From Spirochaetales bacterium (GTDB lineage: Bacteria > Spirochaetota > Spirochaetia > SZUA-6 > JAFGRV01): DNA of 50,544 nucleotides. The stretch lies in assembly GCA_016934975.1 (NCBI GenBank), contig JAFGRV010000019.1, positions 1 to 50,544 of the forward strand, given 5' to 3'. The translations under genes and the position numbers were made by a program. Under the pieces are notes generated by a model. It saw nothing but the letters and a program-made list of their open reading frames with translations, did no database searches and was not told where the DNA came from. This document shows, in pieces, positions 36,476 to 47,115 of this stretch (its first letter is position 1; each line of letters begins with the position of its first letter).

Positions 36476-38594
36476 TGGAAACTTCCGCCTCCTGTAGATG
36501 CATATAATCACATTCGGGATTGACGCACATTTTGTAATCTCCTCTTTTTTTATCCGAGCGTTCAACAAGAAAATAACCGCAATGAGGACACTTGGTATTT
36601 GTAGGAGGAAAATAAGTAACGAAATCACATTCGGGATAATTGGTGCATCCGTAAAACACCTTCCCTTTTTTATTCTGTTTTCTTTTCGCGATAATACTTC
36701 CGGTACATCCGGGCTTCGGACAATCCGCGAGGGGCACTGCTTTTGAATTCATACACTCGGGGAATCCGGAACACGCGATAAAAAAACCGTACCGTCCGAG
36801 TTTTTTTATCATCGGCCGGTTGCATTTTTCGCAGATATGATCCGTCGGTTCTTCAAGGACACCCTTAATCGATTCAAGGTGCTCCATCACATAATCAACT
36901 TTCTCGCTGAAGGGTTTATAAAATTCACCGATCATAATCTCCCAGGGTTCATTTTTTGATTCCACTTCATCGAGGCGCTTCTCCACATTTGCGGTAAAAT
37001 TGACATCGATAATCTCGGGAAAGGTCTTCTCAAGCATTTCGCTGATAATTCTGCCAAGGACAGTCGCTTTCAGGCGTTTCGTCTTTCGCACAACATAATA
37101 TCTGTCTATGAGTACGGAAATAATCGGCGCATAGGTTGAGGGACGTCCGATTCCTCTTTCTTCCAGGGCTTTGATAATTGACGCATCGGTAAAATACGAG
37201 GGACCTTGGGTAAAATGCTGATCCCCGGTAAGGTCGACACATTCGAGGTCATCTCCGATTTCAAGGGATGGAAGGGTATGGAATTTCTCTTTTGGTGCAA
37301 GAAGTTTGAGGGCTTTATAGAATCCCTTTTCAAGTACTTTCGTCGTACTTGACCGGAAAAGTCCATCACCGCAGGTAAATTCGATGGAAAGGATTCTGCT
37401 TTTATATGGTTTCATCTGGGATGAAACAAAGCGCTCCCAAATAAGAGAATAAAGCTTAAACTGCTCCCCTGTGAGATAGCTCTTTACGGATTCAGGGGTT
37501 CTCTCCACATATGTCGGCCGGATTGCTTCGTGGGCGTCCTGGGCTTTTTTCATCGGCGTGTAGATATTCGGTTGTTCCGGAAGTTCGTCGGGATAGGTAT
37601 CTCCTATAAACTTCCTGACCGCATCCAGGGCAGTATCCGCGATTCTTGTCGAATCTGTTCGCATATAGGTAATTAAACCGATTCGTTCGGAACCGATATT
37701 AACCCCCTCATACAAGGTCTGGGCAATCCGCATGGTCTTTCGTGAGGTATATCCCAACCTGGTAGCGGAAGCCTGCTGTAATTTCGAGGTGGTAAAGGGT
37801 GCGAGGGGTTTTAATTGCTTGTCTTTTTGTTTTATATCCGCAACTTTAAAGGTTTTGCCTTTAAAAAGCTTAATAAGTTTCTGCACTTCCTCTTTCGTCT
37901 TTATATCCGGTTTCTGACCCTGAAACTGAACAAGCTGGGATGTTAATGTCTTTTTTCCCTGCTTTAATGTCACATCGATTGTCCAGTATTCCTGGGGCAT
38001 AAAGGCTTCTACTTCACGGTCTCTGTCGCAAATCAGTTTCAAAGCAACCGACTGCACACGTCCGGCGGAAAGACCATTTTTAACTTTTTTCCAGAGGATC
38101 GGAGAGAGTTTGTACCCCACGAGTCTGTCAAGGATTCTCCGTGCTTTCTGCGCATTCACTTTATTAATATCAATACTCATGGGAGATTTTACTGCTTCCC
38201 GTATCGCCACCGGGGTAATCTCATTAAATACAATCCTCATAATTTTCATATCCGGAAATTTACGCAAGATCGCATTCCGGAGATGAAAGGCTATTGCCTC
38301 TCCTTCCCTGTCATTATCAGAAGCTAAAAGAATTTGTTCAGCTTTCTTTGCTTCCTTAAGTATTTCTTTTAATATCTTTGCTTTGCCCCGGATCGTAATA
38401 TATTCCGGTTCGAAGTTTTTATCTACGTCTATTGCGAGCCGTGAACGAGGAAGATCAAAAAGATGTCCTATTGATGCGGTCACACCAAAACCATTCCCAA
38501 GATATTTTTGAATAGTTTTTGCTTTCGCCGGTGACTCAACGATGAGTAAATTAATCTTTTTAACCTTTTTCGTCTTTTTTGCCGTCTTTGCCAT
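36465..38594 (-). CDS. topA: DNA topoisomerase I
   Basis: TOPRIM start LLIVESPAKAKTIQKYLG, type IA core, several C-terminal Cys4 zinc ribbons (CEKCNRPM..., CPKPGCTG..., CPHCG...). Confidence 0.97.
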   Translation of the reverse strand: MAKTAKKTKKVKKINLLIVESPAKAKTIQKYLGNGFGVTASIGHLFDLPRSRLAIDVDKNFEPEYITIRGKAKILKEILKEAKKAEQILLASDNDREGEAIAFHLRNAILRKFPDMKIMRIVFNEITPVAIREAVKSPMSIDINKVNAQKARRILDRLVGYKLSPILWKKVKNGLSAGRVQSVALKLICDRDREVEAFMPQEYWTIDVTLKQGKKTLTSQLVQFQGQKPDIKTKEEVQKLIKLFKGKTFKVADIKQKDKQLKPLAPFTTSKLQQASATRLGYTSRKTMRIAQTLYEGVNIGSERIGLITYMRTDSTRIADTALDAVRKFIGDTYPDELPEQPNIYTPMKKAQDAHEAIRPTYVERTPESVKSYLTGEQFKLYSLIWERFVSSQMKPYKSRILSIEFTCGDGLFRSSTTKVLEKGFYKALKLLAPKEKFHTLPSLEIGDDLECVDLTGDQHFTQGPSYFTDASIIKALEERGIGRPSTYAPIISVLIDRYYVVRKTKRLKATVLGRIISEMLEKTFPEIIDVNFTANVEKRLDEVESKNEPWEIMIGEFYKPFSEKVDYVMEHLESIKGVLEEPTDHICEKCNRPMIKKLGRYGFFIACSGFPECMNSKAVPLADCPKPGCTGSIIAKRKQNKKGKVFYGCTNYPECDFVTYFPPTNTKCPHCGYFLVERSDKKRGDYKMCVNPECDYMHLQEAEVSSGS

Positions 38595-38603
38595 CCACCT
38601 CTC

Positions 38604-39611
38604 CTAAAAATAGCTGCCATTATGCATATGTAAAGCCCCTGTCAATTCATTTTCAAGCATTTTTGCCAATGTGATTCCCGGATGCTCTACTTTTTCTTCA
38701 TTAATATAATCGCAATTCGACTGAGATAAGTCAACGTATAAGCCCCAATCCATACATATTTCTTTACCATGTTCAATCATTATGGCTCCATCTTCATGCA
38801 ATCGCCGGGTTCCTTCACTCTGCTCCCCTGTTAATCCGACTCTATGGACATAAATATCCCTTCCCTGGTCAAGGGCAAAGTCCGCAGTAATCAAAGCCCC
38901 TGACTTTTCAGGTGCCTGAATAACAACAAGGCTTCTCGAAAGACCGCTTATAATCCTGTTTCGCGCGGGAAAATGATATTTTAACGGGGGAACTCCCGGA
39001 AAATATTCGGAAATTATGACTCCATTATTCTCTAAAATCTTTTCCGCCAGATTTCTGCTGGAAAAGGGATAAACCGTATCTATTCCATTCCCAAGCACGG
39101 CGATTGAGGTTCCCTTTCCATGAAGACTCCCGGCATGTGCATCCCCGTCAATTCCCCGTGCAAGACCGGATATGACCGTTATCCCGTATTGTGATAATTC
39201 CATTCCGACCTGAAAAGCGGCTGTTCTTCCTGCCCCTGTGGGACAACGGGTACCGACAATCGCCACCGACGGAACAATGAATCGGGGAAGTGTACCGCGA
39301 TAAAAAAGAACAAAAGGAGGATCATAGATTTCCCGGAGCTGCTGAGGATACCCCGGATCCCAATAATAAAGGAATCCGATTCCCCGTCCCTCCATAATCT
39401 GTATGTCATGTTCCGGATTACTCAAAAAACTCAAAGGTTTCCACGAACCGGGTTTTAATTTCCGTCCAATACAGGCTTCCACATCAGCCTGGGAAAATAA
39501 GAAAAGATCTTCCATCGACTCCGCCTCTTCACATAAAGTCAATTTTTCCCCGGTTGTCAAGAATCCCATTTTATGCAATGCAAGGATATGAAGATCTTTA
39601 TTGAGTATCAT
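38604..39611 (-). CDS. dprA: DNA-processing protein DprA (Smf)
   Basis: Rossmann-like core VAIVGTRCPT...VISGLARGIDGDAHAG. Sits upstream of topA, as in Bacillus and Treponema. Confidence 0.9.
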   Translation of the reverse strand: MILNKDLHILALHKMGFLTTGEKLTLCEEAESMEDLFLFSQADVEACIGRKLKPGSWKPLSFLSNPEHDIQIMEGRGIGFLYYWDPGYPQQLREIYDPPFVLFYRGTLPRFIVPSVAIVGTRCPTGAGRTAAFQVGMELSQYGITVISGLARGIDGDAHAGSLHGKGTSIAVLGNGIDTVYPFSSRNLAEKILENNGVIISEYFPGVPPLKYHFPARNRIISGLSRSLVVIQAPEKSGALITADFALDQGRDIYVHRVGLTGEQSEGTRRLHEDGAIMIEHGKEICMDWGLYVDLSQSNCDYINEEKVEHPGITLAKMLENELTGALHMHNGSYF

Positions 39612-40449
39612 ACAGCATCTCCTTTACCTGCATTTTGAGTAATTCCGCCTGACTCCGGATATCATCGGATGTCGATAGTTTGATGATGAGATCATAGTGG
39701 TCCAGAGATTGTTCATAATCACCAATCTGATAATAACCACGCGCAAGAAGAAACAGACTTTTAATATTTTTCTGTTCCTTTTCCAGGATTTTCTTAAGCA
39801 ATGGAATTGCTTCACCGGCCCTGTTCAATTCAAGAATAAGAAGTACCGAATAACCGTACAAGGCATCAATATAATATGGATCCAATTCAATGGCTCTTTT
39901 ATACCCGGACTCTGCCGTGGTATACCACTTTTCCCTTTGTTCACCTGAATCCGGATCTATGAGAGATTTTGCCATCCAACCGGCACATACGCTTGCATTA
40001 TAATATAAAAGCGGGTTCCCCGGATCCAGTTCAATAGCACGGTTAAAACTTTTATAAGCTTTTCCGAACATCTCATCATCATAATAACGGATGGCAAGCA
40101 TCTTATTATATATGCTCTCCTCACGGGAAGAGGCGAATTCCGGAGTCTCCACGGTGAGGCGACGGTCAATCGCTTTATAAATTTCTGCCAGTTCCAGATA
40201 TTTTGCTCCCAATCGTTTATAGTACAGCACCAACTCTTCATTCGCCGTCACTTCTTTTTCAAAAGCATTTTCAAAGGTCTCTACAATCTTCCCGATTTCC
40301 TTTTTTATCCCGGGATCGATCTCCTGGTGTGCATAAGTCGAGTTATCCAGACTCAACAAGGCTTTAAGAAAATCTTCTTTGCCCCGGTTTTTTTCACACC
40401 CGGTAAAAAGAAAAATACTGCACAGACACAAAATGAAATACATCCGCAT
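39598..40449 (-). CDS. TPR-repeat lipoprotein (hypothetical)
   Basis: Lipobox LFTGC at the end of a signal peptide (MRMYFILCLCSIFLFTGC). Repeated TPR-like A/Y/L patterns (AIELDPGNPLLYYN, AIELDPYYIDALYG). Confidence 0.75.
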   Translation of the reverse strand: MRMYFILCLCSIFLFTGCEKNRGKEDFLKALLSLDNSTYAHQEIDPGIKKEIGKIVETFENAFEKEVTANEELVLYYKRLGAKYLELAEIYKAIDRRLTVETPEFASSREESIYNKMLAIRYYDDEMFGKAYKSFNRAIELDPGNPLLYYNASVCAGWMAKSLIDPDSGEQREKWYTTAESGYKRAIELDPYYIDALYGYSVLLILELNRAGEAIPLLKKILEKEQKNIKSLFLLARGYYQIGDYEQSLDHYDLIIKLSTSDDIRSQAELLKMQVKEMLYDTQ

Positions 40450-40493
40450 AATAAATTGAAAATACTCCTTATCACATACTCTTTCTTTATAAA

Positions 40494-40531
40494 CGGAATA
40501 TAATAAAAATTACTATTTTTATTATATTCCG
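40494..40531 (-). terminator. AT-rich 16-bp perfect hairpin between the xerD-like gene and the TPR gene (weak terminator candidate)
   Basis: CGGAATATAATAAAAA (40494-40509), 6-nt loop, TTTTTATTATATTCCG (40516-40531). On the minus strand it is followed by TTTATAAAG. The stem is almost all A/T. Confidence 0.35.
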
Positions 40532-40596
40532 GTATTTCAACCTTCTATGTATTATATATCAAAAAAAATCATCCTGCATTGCTTTACGAGGCCTAA

Positions 40597-41517
40597 TTAT
40601 CCTCTCGGATGATATTTTTTATGAAATTTCTTTAATTCCTCTTCTTCCACATGGGTATATATCTGTGTTGTACAAATATCCGCATGGCCAAGAAGTTCCT
40701 GTACCGACCTGAGATCTGCTCCCCCGCTTAATAAATGAGTGGCAAAAGAGTGCCTGAGGGTATGTACTTTGCCATCCAGGTTTGCCCGGCTTAAAATCTC
40801 TTTAAAACGCTTCCACGCTCCTTTTCTGGAGAGAGGTCGTCCATAATGATTAAGAAAAAGCATATTGGTATTCCTGTTTCGTTTAAGAAGTGAAAGGCGT
40901 GCCTCTTTTATATAAAGGGTCAGCCATTGTAACCCATATTCTCCCACCGGAACAAATCGTTCCTTATTTCCTTTTCCTTTCACTTTTAACAGTGCTTCTT
41001 CGATATAAAGATCGGTACATTGTAATCCGACAGCTTCGGAAATCCGGAGACCACAGGAGTAAATAAGCTCAAAAAGAGCCCGGTCCCGTATTCCCAAAGG
41101 GGAGGAGCTGTCAATCTGTTCAAATAATTGTTCAATTTCAGATATTGTGAATACTTTCGGAATTTTCAGGGATATTTTGGGCATATCAACAAGTTCCGCC
41201 GGATTCTGATCGATTATTCGTTCCAGAATGAGAAATTTAAAAAAAGAGCGAAGACTACTCAAACATTTTGCGACAGTCCTCTGACTCACTCCCTTTAATT
41301 GCCGGCGGATGAGAAAATCAATAATGGTAGTGCTGTTTATATCCTTGATATCGATCCCTTTTTCTTTGCAATATAAAATAAAGACCCTACATTCATGGAG
41401 ATAGGTCTCGCCTGAGTTTGCCGATAACCTCAATTCTACGGTGATATAATCTTCAAATCTTTTTAAAAGGTTGCTCATTTCCATCGTTTGACTCACGTCA
41501 TAATTGAGATCAGTCAA
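40597..41517 (-). CDS. xerD: Tyrosine recombinase, XerD-like
   Basis: [53 protein letters not shown] motifs. The track start is TTG at 41517; the ATG at 41484 (MEMSNLLKRF) is an alternative. Confidence 0.8.
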   Translation of the reverse strand: MTDLNYDVSQTMEMSNLLKRFEDYITVELRLSANSGETYLHECRVFILYCKEKGIDIKDINSTTIIDFLIRRQLKGVSQRTVAKCLSSLRSFFKFLILERIIDQNPAELVDMPKISLKIPKVFTISEIEQLFEQIDSSSPLGIRDRALFELIYSCGLRISEAVGLQCTDLYIEEALLKVKGKGNKERFVPVGEYGLQWLTLYIKEARLSLLKRNRNTNMLFLNHYGRPLSRKGAWKRFKEILSRANLDGKVHTLRHSFATHLLSGGADLRSVQELLGHADICTTQIYTHVEEEELKKFHKKYHPRG

Positions 41518-41532
41518 TAATCCCGATTACCA

Positions 41533-42726
41533 TTATGAATTTCCATTCCCGGATACTTTTTTATCTCTCAGGATAGTGGGGATAAAAAGTTCCGCTTCTT
41601 TGGAATTCCGTTCAAGTAAATATTCACCCTGAACCTTTTTTGTCATACCTTTGCCGATCTGTACCCATTCATCATAGGGAATAATATCCTCTTTGCCCTC
41701 TTTCTTGTGACCATGTGTATTCATCGTTGAAGTGGAATAAAGAGTCGCCTTTCCTTCCTCCGGACGATTGTCAAAACCCGCAGCGATGACAATCACTTTT
41801 ATCTGATTTTCCAGGGCATTGTCAAAGGCGGTTCCGGCAATAATCAGAGCATCGTCATCCGCATTCGCGGTAATAATTTTCATGATTTCTTCGAATTCGG
41901 TAAGGGCAAGATCGTCACCCCCGGTCACATTCACGAGGATTGATTTTGCTCCCTCGATCTTTGCATCTTCCAGGAGGGGATTATTTATCGCGTTTGTTGC
42001 CGCATCTACCGCCCGGTTATCGTCTTTCCCGATACCGATCCCCATAAGAGCATCACCCTTGCCTTTCATAATTGTGCAGACATCGGCGAAATCGATATTG
42101 ATTTCTCCCGGGGTTGTAATAAGATCGGAAATACCCTGGACTCCCTGGCGGAGAACATCATCTGCCAGCCTGAAAGCCTGTTTTATCGGGGTCTTGCGTT
42201 CAACAATCTTTAATAAATATTGATTCGGGATCACGATAAGGGTATCAACACATTCCCGCAATTTTTCGATTCCTTTTTCCGCGAGAAGCATTTTCCGCTT
42301 TCCCTCGAATTCAAAGGGCTTTGTCACGACCGCGACAGTAAGCACATCAAGCTCTTTGGCGATTTGAGCGATCACCGGAGCGGCCCCGGTTCCGGTACCG
42401 CCGCCCATGCCGGCGGTGATAAAGATCATATCAGATCCGCGGATAAGTGACTGAATCTCATCATAATCCTCTATCGCCGCTTTTTCTCCGACCTCCGGCT
42501 TCCCTCCGGCGCCCAGTCCGCCGGTAATTTTTGAACCAAGAGAAAGTTTAATCTCTGCCTTGGACATTTGAAGGGCTTGAACATCGGTGTTTACGGAAAT
42601 AAATCGAACATTCCGTAATCCCGCATCAATCATACGGTTTACCGCATTATTCCCCCCGCCACCGATACCGATGACTTTTATAAGGGTAAGACTTGTATTA
42701 TTTTCTTCGAGAAACTCTATATTCAT
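41533..42726 (-). CDS. ftsZ: Cell division protein FtsZ
   Basis: [13 protein letters not shown] tubulin signature, NTDVQAL motif. GGGAGGGG SD. Confidence 0.98.
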   Translation of the reverse strand: MNIEFLEENNTSLTLIKVIGIGGGGNNAVNRMIDAGLRNVRFISVNTDVQALQMSKAEIKLSLGSKITGGLGAGGKPEVGEKAAIEDYDEIQSLIRGSDMIFITAGMGGGTGTGAAPVIAQIAKELDVLTVAVVTKPFEFEGKRKMLLAEKGIEKLRECVDTLIVIPNQYLLKIVERKTPIKQAFRLADDVLRQGVQGISDLITTPGEINIDFADVCTIMKGKGDALMGIGIGKDDNRAVDAATNAINNPLLEDAKIEGAKSILVNVTGGDDLALTEFEEIMKIITANADDDALIIAGTAFDNALENQIKVIVIAAGFDNRPEEGKATLYSTSTMNTHGHKKEGKEDIIPYDEWVQIGKGMTKKVQGEYLLERNSKEAELFIPTILRDKKVSGNGNS

Positions 42727-42787
42727 TTTCCCCTCCCAGTTTTTTGAATATATTATGTTGATGTAAGCATTCTGCTTTGCGTTGTCA

Positions 42788-42811
42788 GTTTACGAATCTA
42801 TTTTCGTAAAC
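42788..42811. other. 9-bp hairpin in the ftsA-ftsZ spacer
   Basis: GTTTACGAA (42788-42796), loop TCTATT, TTCGTAAAC (42803-42811). The GTTTAC/GTAAAC ends also occur in repeat copy B. Confidence 0.5.
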
Positions 42812-42836
42812 CAGAACGAAAACACTCATAACGTTC

Positions 42837-44075
42837 TTATATAAATTCCTTAAACCAATCTTTCATCCTTTCAAGAACATTCTTTAAAACACTATTTTTA
42901 TCAAGGCTTTTTCCTTTGGTCCCGGATTCCCGCTGTGCCGCTCCGTAAAGAACCAGGCCGACACCTGTTGCAAATTTCGGATTGTAATACTCTTCCACCA
43001 ACCCCCCGAATTTTATCGGATATCCGATACGGGCGGGAAGACCGAATATTTCCATGGTTAATTCCATTATCCCGGGTAAGAGCGCCCCTCCTCCTGTCAG
43101 AACGACTCCACCGCCTAACATTTTCAGGTATCCTTTCCGGTCGATTTTATCTTTTACCATGGTTAATATCTCGGAAACCCGGGGCTGAATAATTTCAACC
43201 AGATCTTTTTTTAATAAACGCCGCGGGGGTCTGCCCCCGACTCCCGGAATAAAAACCTCTTCATCTCCCTGAATAAGGTCCATATAACAACATCCCGATT
43301 TAAGCTTGATCTTTTCCGCCGCATCAACAGGGGTTTTAAGAATAATGGAAATATCGTTGGTCACCTGCTCTCCCCCCAGGGGAATGACATCCGTATAATA
43401 GGGGGACCCTTCGATATAAAGAAGGATATCCGTAGTGCCGCCGCCCAGATCAATCAAAACAGTACCCAGCTCTTTTTCGTCCGCAGAGAGCACTGCTTTT
43501 GCGGAAGCCAGGGGTTCAAGGATAATATTCTGTGCTTTAAATCCCGCCCGGTTCACCGATTTCACAATATTCTGAGCAGAAGTAACGGCAGCGGTGATGA
43601 TATGAACCTCCGCCTCCAGGCGGACTCCGATCATCCCGATGGGATTCTTTATTCCACCCTGCTCATCAACAATAAATTCCTGGGGGATCATATGGATGAC
43701 TTCCCTGTCCATGGGGATGGGGACTGCCCGGGCAGCATCAACCACCCTGTCCACATCCTCTTTGGTTATTTCCCTTCCTTTGCCGGTGACCGCGACTACC
43801 CCTTTTGAGTTTATTCCTTCTATATTTCCTCCGGCAAGACCGGTATGAACACTCTCCACTTCCCGTCCGGACATCATTTCAGCCGCTTCGATGGCACTCA
43901 AAATGGACTTTACCGTTGTTTCGATATTGATGATAACTCCCCGGCGTAAACCCTTGGATGGAGCTGTGCCTACTCCGGTAATCTCCAGTACATTATTCTC
44001 ATTATATTCCCCGATAATTGCGCATATCTTTGTTGTTCCGATATCGAGGCCGACAATACATTCTCCCTGGCTCAC
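42837..44075 (-). CDS. ftsA: Cell division protein FtsA
   Basis: Actin-fold phosphate-1 motif VGLDIGTTKICAIIGE, and DLGGGTTDI. GTG start overlapping the ftsQ stop (GTGA). Confidence 0.96.
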   Translation of the reverse strand: MSQGECIVGLDIGTTKICAIIGEYNENNVLEITGVGTAPSKGLRRGVIINIETTVKSILSAIEAAEMMSGREVESVHTGLAGGNIEGINSKGVVAVTGKGREITKEDVDRVVDAARAVPIPMDREVIHMIPQEFIVDEQGGIKNPIGMIGVRLEAEVHIITAAVTSAQNIVKSVNRAGFKAQNIILEPLASAKAVLSADEKELGTVLIDLGGGTTDILLYIEGSPYYTDVIPLGGEQVTNDISIILKTPVDAAEKIKLKSGCCYMDLIQGDEEVFIPGVGGRPPRRLLKKDLVEIIQPRVSEILTMVKDKIDRKGYLKMLGGGVVLTGGGALLPGIMELTMEIFGLPARIGYPIKFGGLVEEYYNPKFATGVGLVLYGAAQRESGTKGKSLDKNSVLKNVLERMKDWFKEFI

Positions 44076-44890
44076 GCGTCTCCCCTTTCTTCTCGTTTAT
44101 AGACGATCTCTTTTGATCTGAAATCTATCTCTTTTACCTCATCTGCCATTCCCTGATGCTTCAATACATCAAGAACCATCATCGCATAGGTAAGGATATT
44201 TTCATTTATACTATTCCCAAATCTGATTTTTGTCGTATATGGAATCATATAAAACAATAATTCAAAATCTTTATTGCCAATAGGCAATACCTTGATCTCT
44301 GAAATAAAATCATACAACGTACGGGCACTCTTCTTCAAGAGATAAAGTTGATCTAAAAATGACAATAATACTTCCGGGAGCTTCATTCCTGCTCCGTATC
44401 CGTTAAAATCAAGACCGGAAATCACAGGGAAATTATAATCATCTATGAGACGTCCAATATAAAAAACAACTCCCTGTTCATCAATAAGAGCAGGAAGACT
44501 TAATCCCTTATCTTCAATAAGAGTAATAACCAAGGGGTTCCGTTTGACTACATCGAGTTTTAGAGTATTGGGGAATTCTTTTACAACCGTCGCATCCCTG
44601 ACAACCGGATAACTCTTTAGTTTCAATTCTACCTCAGCTTTATTAAGAGAAAAATAATATACATTTTTGCTTATTCCTGCAATATGTAATACTTCTTCCT
44701 CCGAAAGGCCGAGATCACTCTTTATAACTATCTTGCTTATTTTAAGTTGGGGTAAAATAATGAATTGAAACATCACCTCCGCAAAAATGATGATAAAAAG
44801 AATTATAATGACAATCACCAGTATCTTGTTGACAAGTTTCTCATTTTTCTTTTTATCCCAGGAGGTATGTAATTCATGTATTTCCTGCAT
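44072..44890 (-). CDS. ftsQ: Cell division protein FtsQ/DivIB
   Basis: Single TM segment (ILVIVIIILFIIIFAEVMF), POTRA-like region, position between ftsW and ftsA. Confidence 0.8.
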   Translation of the reverse strand: MQEIHELHTSWDKKKNEKLVNKILVIVIIILFIIIFAEVMFQFIILPQLKISKIVIKSDLGLSEEEVLHIAGISKNVYYFSLNKAEVELKLKSYPVVRDATVVKEFPNTLKLDVVKRNPLVITLIEDKGLSLPALIDEQGVVFYIGRLIDDYNFPVISGLDFNGYGAGMKLPEVLLSFLDQLYLLKKSARTLYDFISEIKVLPIGNKDFELLFYMIPYTTKIRFGNSINENILTYAMMVLDVLKHQGMADEVKEIDFRSKEIVYKREERGDA

Positions 44891-46011
44891 TATCTATACC
44901 CCCAATTCTTTTCAGTTATTCCCCTGGATATATTTATCAAAATCCCTGTCATAATAAGGGTCATTAAAACAGAGGATCCCCCGAGGGAAAAAAAAGGGAG
45001 AGGCATACCTGTGGCCGGGATAAGTCCCGCAACAACGGCCATATTCACAATGGCCTGAAAAAAAATAATACTTGTTATTCCAAAAGAAAGATAATATTTA
45101 AAGGGATCTTCGGATTTCCATGCGATAAGGTAACCTCTATAGCAAAAACAAACAAAGAGGGCGATAATAAAGAGAATTCCGAACAATCCGGCTTCTTCTC
45201 CGATAACCGCGAATATAAAGTCCGAATGTGCCTCGGGAAGAGCCCCAAGTTTTTTCACCCCATTTCCCAATCCTTTGCCAAGGAATCCCCCCCGGGTTAA
45301 TGCGGCATGGGCTTGCGTTATCTGCCAGCCGGTGCCGGAGGGGTCCAATTCCGGTTTAATAAAGACCATCAGCTTTTTAACCCAATAGACTTTGGTAAAC
45401 AGGAGGACAATCCCCACGGGGAAAATGATGGCACCGATGAGAATAAAATAAATTGCCCTGACATTCGCAATAAAAAAAATAGCTAAGGCGATAAAAAAGA
45501 TAAAAAAGGCGGTTGAAAAATCATTTTGCAGATAGATAATAACCACAAAGATAAAAACGACGATAAGGGGGGGAAGGACATTAGTAACAGGATCGTCATT
45601 TTTTTCCTTTTTTCTGCTTAATATATAAGCCAAATAACAAACAATCGCGAATTTCGCAAACTCCGATGGTTGAAAGGATTGTCCGAATATAAAAATCCAC
45701 CGCCGTGCACCGCTTATCGGTTCGCCGATCACAGGGAAAAATGTTAAAATTGATAAAATAAAACCGGTAAGGAGTATCCAGGGGACGGCTTTTTTTAGCA
45801 CGTCTAGCGAGATATGAGAAATAAAAAAAGCAATAACCAGACCGATTATGATCCAGATAGATTGCTTTATAACAAAATAGAGTGAGGGTTTTCCTAATTT
45901 TTCAGCATGATGATATGAAGCGGAAAAAAGAAAAGAGACACCTATCCCGATTAAAAGTGCCAGAATAAGAATCAGCAATAAATCCGCCTGATTTTTATTT
46001 ATTTTTTCCAA
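44890..46011 (-). CDS. ftsW: SEDS-family peptidoglycan polymerase FtsW
   Basis: Polytopic SEDS protein (SFQPSEFAKF, LPEAHSDFIFAVIGEE, GLIPATGMPLPFFSLGGSS). TTG start. Confidence 0.93.
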   Translation of the reverse strand: MEKINKNQADLLLILILALLIGIGVSFLFSASYHHAEKLGKPSLYFVIKQSIWIIIGLVIAFFISHISLDVLKKAVPWILLTGFILSILTFFPVIGEPISGARRWIFIFGQSFQPSEFAKFAIVCYLAYILSRKKEKNDDPVTNVLPPLIVVFIFVVIIYLQNDFSTAFFIFFIALAIFFIANVRAIYFILIGAIIFPVGIVLLFTKVYWVKKLMVFIKPELDPSGTGWQITQAHAALTRGGFLGKGLGNGVKKLGALPEAHSDFIFAVIGEEAGLFGILFIIALFVCFCYRGYLIAWKSEDPFKYYLSFGITSIIFFQAIVNMAVVAGLIPATGMPLPFFSLGGSSVLMTLIMTGILINISRGITEKNWGYR

Positions 46012-46035
46012 CTTCTACTATCCTTTAGAATTCAG

Positions 46036-47115
46036 CTATTGTATTTTTAGTGTGGATAAACTTAAAAGGGCAAACAACCCTCCAAGTATCCATAATCGTA
46101 TAACTACTTTACTCTCTTTCCATCCTTTTAGCTCAAAATGATGGTGTAATGGCGCCATTTTAAAGACCCTCTTTTTTGTTAGTTTAAAAACAGCGACCTG
46201 GATAATAACAGAGAATATTTCCATGACAAAAACACCCCCCGTGATAATTAAAAGGATCTCCTTTTTAATGATAAGAGCAATGACCCCGATAACTCCGCCC
46301 AAAGCCAGACTTCCCGTATCCCCCATCATGACCTCCGCGGGATGCGTATTAAACCAGAGAAACCCGACAGCCGCGCCAAAAAGAGCCGAACAAATGATCG
46401 TGAGTTCTCCGCTGCCGATGATATACGGAATATTGAGATAATCAGACATATCGACTCTTCCGGTAAGATATGAGAGAACGGCAAAAGTGATACCGATAAA
46501 AATAACCAATCCCGAGGCAAGTCCATCCAAACCGTCTGTAAAATTGACCGCATTGGAATACATCATTAAAAGAACAACAGAAATGGGTATGTAATAAAAA
46601 GAAAGATCCATGACCGGATTTTTAATAAAGGGAAGATATAACAAGGTGGTATGCTCTGTTTTTCCAAGATAAAGGACAACAACAATAATGAGAGAAATGA
46701 CAAACTGCCCGATCAATTTAAAACGGGCTTTTAGTCCCCCGGAATCCTTTTTGATAATTTTAATATAATCATCGATAAATCCAATGAGCCCGAAACCAGC
46801 CACTGCCAGGAGTAAAAGCCAGGTATAAAGAGAATCAAGATCCTGCCAGAGAATCACGGAAATAAGGACGGAGAGGATGATGAGAATGCCTCCCATTGTG
46901 GGAATCCCGGATTTTGCAAGATGAGTTTTCGGTCCGTCCGCACGTACTTCCTGGCCGAGCTTTAATTTCTTGAGCCGTTTGATAAGAACAGGCCCTAAAA
47001 GAAATGAAATAAGCAAAGCCGTAATTGCAGCGTACACGGCCCGGAAGGTAATATATCTGAATATATTAAATCCGGAAAAATATTTCACAAGTGGATACAA
47101 AAATTTATAAAACAC
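46036..47115 (-). CDS. mraY: Phospho-N-acetylmuramoyl-pentapeptide transferase MraY
   Basis: GIPTMGGILI, NAVNFTDGLDGLA, MGDTGSLALGG, APLHHHFE motifs. GTG start. Confidence 0.97.
   Translation of the reverse strand: MFYKFLYPLVKYFSGFNIFRYITFRAVYAAITALLISFLLGPVLIKRLKKLKLGQEVRADGPKTHLAKSGIPTMGGILIILSVLISVILWQDLDSLYTWLLLLAVAGFGLIGFIDDYIKIIKKDSGGLKARFKLIGQFVISLIIVVVLYLGKTEHTTLLYLPFIKNPVMDLSFYYIPISVVLLMMYSNAVNFTDGLDGLASGLVIFIGITFAVLSYLTGRVDMSDYLNIPYIIGSGELTIICSALFGAAVGFLWFNTHPAEVMMGDTGSLALGGVIGVIALIIKKEILLIITGGVFVMEIFSVIIQVAVFKLTKKRVFKMAPLHHHFELKGWKESKVVIRLWILGGLFALLSLSTLKIQ

Noticed and set aside
35573-41517. Two tyrosine recombinases as markers of an integrated mobile element or prophage
   Set aside because: Both look like housekeeping XerC/XerD (about 300 aa, full RHRY-type motifs). 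They sit in conserved contexts (codV-hslVU and after ftsZ). The genes between them are core genes (TPR, dprA, topA), and no flanking att-like direct repeats were noticed.
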